Shown one piece after another: positions 8,254-12,022 of a stretch of DNA of 12,022 nucleotides (positions are counted from its first letter, which is position 1; each line of letters opens with the position of its first letter). Below the pieces are notes generated by a model. It made no database searches. It had not been told where the DNA came from and saw nothing but the letters and a program-made list of their open reading frames with translations. The stretch comes from Promethearchaeati archaeon (GTDB taxonomy: Archaea; Asgardarchaeota; Heimdallarchaeia; JABLTI01). The stretch spans positions 1 through 12,022 of the forward strand of contig JABLTI010000081.1 of the NCBI GenBank assembly GCA_013166835.1, read 5' to 3'. A program made the translations under genes and the position numbers.

Positions 8254-8991
8254 TTGGAAAATCTATACATGATTGAAATGTTGGTCTTTAAAGAAGCAAT
8301 TGAAAAACTGTTAGCTCAAGAAAAAATTGGTAGATGTGACTTTCATACTCATTCATTCTTATCTGATGGAGTTCTTCTGCCTATTGAGCAATTACGAAGA
8401 GCATTTGTTCATGGGCATGCAGGTTATGGCATTACTGATCACGTTAGCTTGTCAACTCTTGATATTATTCCAAAATTAATAGCGGATTGTAAACTAGCAA
8501 CAAAACATTGGGGAATCCTCGCTCTTCCAGGTATTGAAGTAACTCATGTGCCTGTAAATGCAATTGAAGAAGTCATAGAGAAATCAATAGAAAAAGGAGC
8601 ATTAATAATTGTAATTCACGGGGAAACCATAGCTGAACCCGTGGAACCAGGTACAAATCTGAAAGCAGCGGAAAGTAAAAATGTGGATATTTTAGCTCAT
8701 CCAGGTTTACTAACTAAGGATGTTGCTAATCAGTGTAAGAAAAACAATGTGTTCGTAGAGATAACATCCAACAGAACGCATTCAATTACAAATGGTCATA
8801 TAGCTAAAATTGGAAAAGAATCCCAGGTGAAATTCATCCAAAATACTGACACTCATAGTCCAAGAGATATGAAAAATTATGAAGAAGGAGAACGAATACT
8901 TCTTGCGTCAGGATTTACAAAGAAAGAAACCGAAACAATACTACAAGATAATATTCGAGAATTTCTTACAAGAATATATGAACGGTTATAA
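8254..8991 (+). CDS. PHP-domain metal-dependent phosphoesterase (histidinol-phosphatase-like, archaeal type)
   Basis: PHP motifs DFHTHSFLSDG, ITDH, PGIEVTH, IHGET, ILAHPG and NTDTH. Start is uncertain; ATGs at 8269 and 8278 are alternatives to the TTG at 8254. Confidence 0.88.
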   Translation: MENLYMIEMLVFKEAIEKLLAQEKIGRCDFHTHSFLSDGVLLPIEQLRRAFVHGHAGYGITDHVSLSTLDIIPKLIADCKLATKHWGILALPGIEVTHVPVNAIEEVIEKSIEKGALIIVIHGETIAEPVEPGTNLKAAESKNVDILAHPGLLTKDVANQCKKNNVFVEITSNRTHSITNGHIAKIGKESQVKFIQNTDTHSPRDMKNYEEGERILLASGFTKKETETILQDNIREFLTRIYERL

Positions 8992-9034
8992 AGAAAAATA
9001 ATGGAAAAACTAATTCTCAAAATTATTAATTAGA

Positions 9035-9268
9035 AGTGGAACAAGACAGGGAGAAAGTCCCTGTCCGTTTAACGAGTGGGTGCCTTATAAAATAAGTTTC
9101 ACAAGGAGGATGATTGTGGTTTTCAGGCAATCACTCAAGATGTTATTGGGGGAGGTTTTATATGAGATTTGGACTTAATACTGGAGGAATGTGGAAGGAT
9201 TTTAAATGACATTCCTTTTGGAATGCCACTGCAGATTTAAAGTCACCTTATTTCTAGGGGAAATTTAC
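9035..9268 (-). ncRNA. Putative structured small RNA with multiple CCUCC motifs (family not recognised)
   Basis: No long ORF. Helices at 9205-9230, 9074-9085/9125-9136 and 9040-9069; three CCUCC motifs on the minus strand; BRE/TATA-like element at 9289-9303. Boundaries and strand are inferred. Confidence 0.5.
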
Positions 9269-9288
9269 AATATTACTTCTGTTTCCAA

Positions 9289-9303
9289 TATTAAAAGGCG
9301 TTC
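9289..9303 (-). promoter_or_regulatory. Putative BRE+TATA promoter pointing into the ORF-free gap
   Basis: Minus strand GAACG-CC-TTTTAA-TA aligns with the Nudix promoter GAAAG-AT-TTTTAA-AA. ATTGTA follows, with its G (9268) 23 nt past TTTTAA. Confidence 0.45.
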
Positions 9304-9418
9304 TGGAAAATTTCTTCAATTCTTCTAGTAAAATTACTCGTATAAAATCTGAAAGAAATATGGAAAATTATAAAAAATTAAGAAAAAAATAGAATTTCCA
9401 AAGAAAAGGAGAATCCTA

Positions 9419-10285
9419 TTATTGTTCATATATTTCTTGTGATTCAGTTTCTGAGGTTTTCATAGTTGCTGCCTTCGTTCCAACTAGAGTTAAGTTCCAA
9501 ATTAGTATTAGTACTATCGTGAGTAAAAATAATCCGGAAAATATTAGTGCGAACATAAACTGATTACCCGTTTTTTCAAGCAAATCCTGTGCTCTCGTCT
9601 GCCGCGCCAAAGAATTCCATATGATTGGATAATACAGTGCTGGCATCAATAATGAAACTCCACTACAAGTTAAACTTAATTTTTGTATAAATTTGAATGC
9701 TGCGAAGTGTGTTCCTAAGATAATTATTGCTGCAGCAATGAATATTAGAATAGTTACAGCTGGTGAAAAGAAGGTATCTTGTTCACCATAAAGCGGTTTC
9801 AATTCAGATGGTGTTATTGAGGTATCATTGTATGTATGCCCAGCATGAATGGGCCAATCATGTATAGCTGGCCATATCAAGAAGTAATGATTTAAGGAAT
9901 TAACAACAGTTAATGCTGAAGCGGAACCTAAAAGGATTAACAATCGCAAAAAGTTCATTTTCTTACGATCAGATTTGACTATTGAACTAAACACCATTTC
10001 AGCGAAGAATACTATCGCTAGTTCTATCGGGAAATTAAATACCATCATTGTAAAAACAGTATTAAATTTTGGAAGACTTGTTTGATTACCTAGTGGAGGA
10101 TCAATTTCTTGGTTCAGAATTGGAGTGATCTCAGTTTCACCAGGTTGAGCTTCATTGTACATTGGTGTTAGAATATCAACACCTTGTTCAGCTATTAAAT
10201 TGTAGGTTCCGATATTGTAAAGCAAAATTGCTGCTGAAACGATTAGAATAAATGCGGTTTTTTTCATTCCCTGCATACGCATCAT
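9419..10285 (-). CDS. Hypothetical multi-pass membrane protein
   Basis: N-terminal signal/TM segment (MKKTAFILIVSAAILLY) followed by about five more hydrophobic segments. Start moved from the TTG at 10309 to the ATG at 10285 because GGAAGG lies just upstream. No family recognised. Confidence 0.7.
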   Translation of the reverse strand: MMRMQGMKKTAFILIVSAAILLYNIGTYNLIAEQGVDILTPMYNEAQPGETEITPILNQEIDPPLGNQTSLPKFNTVFTMMVFNFPIELAIVFFAEMVFSSIVKSDRKKMNFLRLLILLGSASALTVVNSLNHYFLIWPAIHDWPIHAGHTYNDTSITPSELKPLYGEQDTFFSPAVTILIFIAAAIIILGTHFAAFKFIQKLSLTCSGVSLLMPALYYPIIWNSLARQTRAQDLLEKTGNQFMFALIFSGLFLLTIVLILIWNLTLVGTKAATMKTSETESQEIYEQ

Positions 10286-10400
10286 TTTGTTCCTTCCTTT
10301 ATTATTCAAAAGATTACTATTTCATTATTATATAGAGTTTACGATTACAATGTTCTTTTTAACAATTTCTAAAATTCAAGTAATTTTAACAGTTTTCTAA

Positions 10401-10973
10401 TTAATATGGTTCTTCATGTAAAAGAGAAAGGAATTGCTTCACAATTTCTGCAGTAGCTCCCCATATAATCTTGCTATGGAAATCGAAAAACCAAACATTA
10501 TGCAAAGTATTTTCATCCCTAAATTCCTTTTGAACCCAATTCTTGGCATCAAGAAGTTCCTCTAAAGGCACTTCTAATATTTCCTCAACTTCTTTTTCAT
10601 TTAAAGTTAGCTTAAAGGGATATGGTATAAAGCATAGAAAAACTGAAAGTAAGAAATTAGATGTATGAGTTCTAATCTGATCTAACTCACCCCAAACTTC
10701 TAATGAAGAGGAAGAAAGGCCAATTTCTTCATTCGTTTCTCGTAAAGCAGTTGCAAGTAACGACTCATCATTTCCATCTTTTCTTCCGCCTGGAAATGAA
10801 ATTTGTCCTTTATGAGTTGGGAGATCTTCAGTGCGTTTAGTAAAAAGCATATAGATGTGATTATTCATTTTAAAGATAGGAATAACAACTGCACCCCTAA
10901 TACAACCATCATCTGGCAAATAGGTTGGTTTATGCGAATTGATCTTTGTTTTAATGAATTCCAGATTAAGCAT
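10401..10973 (-). CDS. Nudix hydrolase, CoA pyrophosphatase subfamily (NudL/Pcd1/NUDT7-like)
   Basis: LFTKRTEDLPTHKGQISFPGG (NuCoA-like motif), Nudix box GRKDGNDESLLATALRETNEEIGL, and C-terminal IWGATA. Confidence 0.9.
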   Translation of the reverse strand: MLNLEFIKTKINSHKPTYLPDDGCIRGAVVIPIFKMNNHIYMLFTKRTEDLPTHKGQISFPGGRKDGNDESLLATALRETNEEIGLSSSSLEVWGELDQIRTHTSNFLLSVFLCFIPYPFKLTLNEKEVEEILEVPLEELLDAKNWVQKEFRDENTLHNVWFFDFHSKIIWGATAEIVKQFLSLLHEEPY

Positions 10974-11000
10974 TGTGAGTTCTACAATTATATAGTTCTA

Positions 11001-11064
11001 TGTTTTAAAAATCTTTCAAATCAATTGTTAAATTTTCTTGCACTTAATAAGAAATTAATAAATC
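11001..11064. promoter_or_regulatory. Divergent BRE+TATA promoters (Nudix / TPR gene)
   Basis: Minus strand GAAAGATTTTTAAAACA (11001-11017), about 30 nt from the Nudix ATG, suggesting a very short leader. Plus strand GAAATTAATAAATC (11051-11064) upstream of the TPR gene. Confidence 0.5.
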
Positions 11065-11111
11065 AATAAACACTAATCTAATCAACAAATTCTATCTTGA
11101 GGTAAAAACTA

Positions 11112-12022
11112 GTGAGTGATCTAAAAGAAAAATTCAACGAAAAATTGCAAGCAGGATTAAAAGCCATTTACGATGCTAAATACATTGATGCAGTTGAACT
11201 ACTTACAAAAGCAACAGAACTAGATCCCTCCTCGATAAATGCCTGGTATAACCTTGGAAAAGCTTACTCATCAATGGATAAATGTAAACAGGCAATTCAT
11301 TGCTATACAAAAATTGTCGAGTTAGAGGAAACAGCAACAAATTTCTATAATTTAGCTTGTGAATATTATAGTTGTCAAGAATATGAAGAAGCTATTAAGG
11401 CATATAAAAGAGCGATTAAATTAGACAAGAATTATAGTTTAGCTTTTGATGGATTAGGCAGCTCTTATGGTTTTTTAGAGGATTTTGACAAGGCAATAGA
11501 ATTTTACAAGAAAGCACACAGTCTTGAGAAAGAAAATGCGAAATATCTTAGCCACCTTGGATGGGCGTTGGCATGTAATGGAGAATATGAGATTGCGATT
11601 ATGTACCTTCTGAAAGGCCTTAAAATGGATCCTGAATTAACAGAAGCTCTTTTCAATCTGGGATTTTCTTATTACTATATTGAGGAATATGAAAAGGCAA
11701 TTGATGAATACCAGAAAGCAATAAAGTTTGGATCGGAATCAGCAGATCTTTTTGTTAATATCGCTTATGCTTATGAGGAATTGAAGGAAAAGGAAATGGC
11801 TTGTGAGTTTTTAAAGAAAGCAGTTGATATAGATCCATATAATATAGACAACTTGTTTTTGTTAGGAGCTTGCTTACAAGATTTAGGGAAGACAAAAGAA
11901 GCAATTACGGTTATCAGAAAAATAGTGGATGAGAAACCTTCAAACCTAGATGCTTGGAGAGAATTAGGCATTTGCTACGAAATTATACAAGAATTCGAAG
12001 AAGCAAGTAAGTGTTTTAAACA
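11112..12022 (+). CDS. Tetratricopeptide-repeat (TPR) protein, 3'-partial
   Basis: GTG at 11112 with GAGGT at 11099-11103; frame stays open to the window end. Repeated ~34-aa units such as AWYNLGKAYSSMDKCKQAIHCYTKIVEL, AFDGLGSSYGFLEDFDKAIEFYKKAHSL and ALFNLGFSYYYIEEYEKAIDEYQKAIKF. Confidence 0.9.
   Translation, partial: MSDLKEKFNEKLQAGLKAIYDAKYIDAVELLTKATELDPSSINAWYNLGKAYSSMDKCKQAIHCYTKIVELEETATNFYNLACEYYSCQEYEEAIKAYKRAIKLDKNYSLAFDGLGSSYGFLEDFDKAIEFYKKAHSLEKENAKYLSHLGWALACNGEYEIAIMYLLKGLKMDPELTEALFNLGFSYYYIEEYEKAIDEYQKAIKFGSESADLFVNIAYAYEELKEKEMACEFLKKAVDIDPYNIDNLFLLGACLQDLGKTKEAITVIRKIVDEKPSNLDAWRELGICYEIIQEFEEASKCFK

Noticed and set aside
9050-9060. GGAGAAAGTCC resembles the RNase P RNA conserved motif GAGGAAAGUCC
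   Set aside because: The match is inexact, it lies inside a local hairpin, and no downstream ACAGAANNCGGCUUA-like partner or GC-rich core is present on that strand.
9100-9200. CsrB/RsmZ-like GGA repeats on the plus strand
   Set aside because: Only one GGA is clearly in a hairpin loop, CsrA is a bacterial system, and the G-U pairs and promoter favour the minus strand. Not fully excluded.
9069-9212. Minus-strand frame from an ATG with three in-frame TGA codons (possible selenoprotein or SECIS)
   Set aside because: The peptide has no recognisable redox motif, and the nearby helices do not fit the AUGA-AA-GA or GAA-A SECIS patterns. Likely chance.
10803-11971. Short ORFs 10803-11069 and 11771-11971
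   Set aside because: Antisense to the Nudix and TPR genes, with no independent support.
1-12022. CRISPR arrays, IS elements, tRNA/rRNA, DGR or retron signatures
   Set aside because: No regularly spaced repeats, transposase, integrase or reverse-transcriptase motifs, or cloverleaf structures were seen. The only long similarity is between the two exchanger paralogs.

Overview
AT-rich (roughly 30-35% GC by eye) prokaryotic chromosomal window, most likely archaeal: it has BRE+TATA-like promoters, a cupin-type PGI and an archaeal-type PHP protein, and an Asgard affiliation is only an inference. Gene order: 5'-partial amidohydrolase (+); CaCA-family cation exchanger 1 (-); class III aminotransferase with a fused C-terminal SCP2-like domain (-); CaCA exchanger 2 (-, paralog of 1); a tight (+) operon of cupin glucose-6-phosphate isomerase, orphan OppD/DppD-type ABC ATPase and PHP hydrolase; a 427-nt gap with no long ORF; an unknown multi-pass membrane protein (-); a Nudix CoA pyrophosphatase (-); and a 3'-partial TPR protein (+) absent from the ORF track. 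The best candidate novelty is in the gap: a ~230-nt structured, probably minus-strand RNA with its own promoter-like element, three helices and several anti-Shine-Dalgarno (CCUCC) motifs. The aminotransferase-SCP2 fusion and the two exchangers with non-canonical ion-binding motifs are also notable. No mobile elements, CRISPR arrays, tRNA or rRNA were seen.
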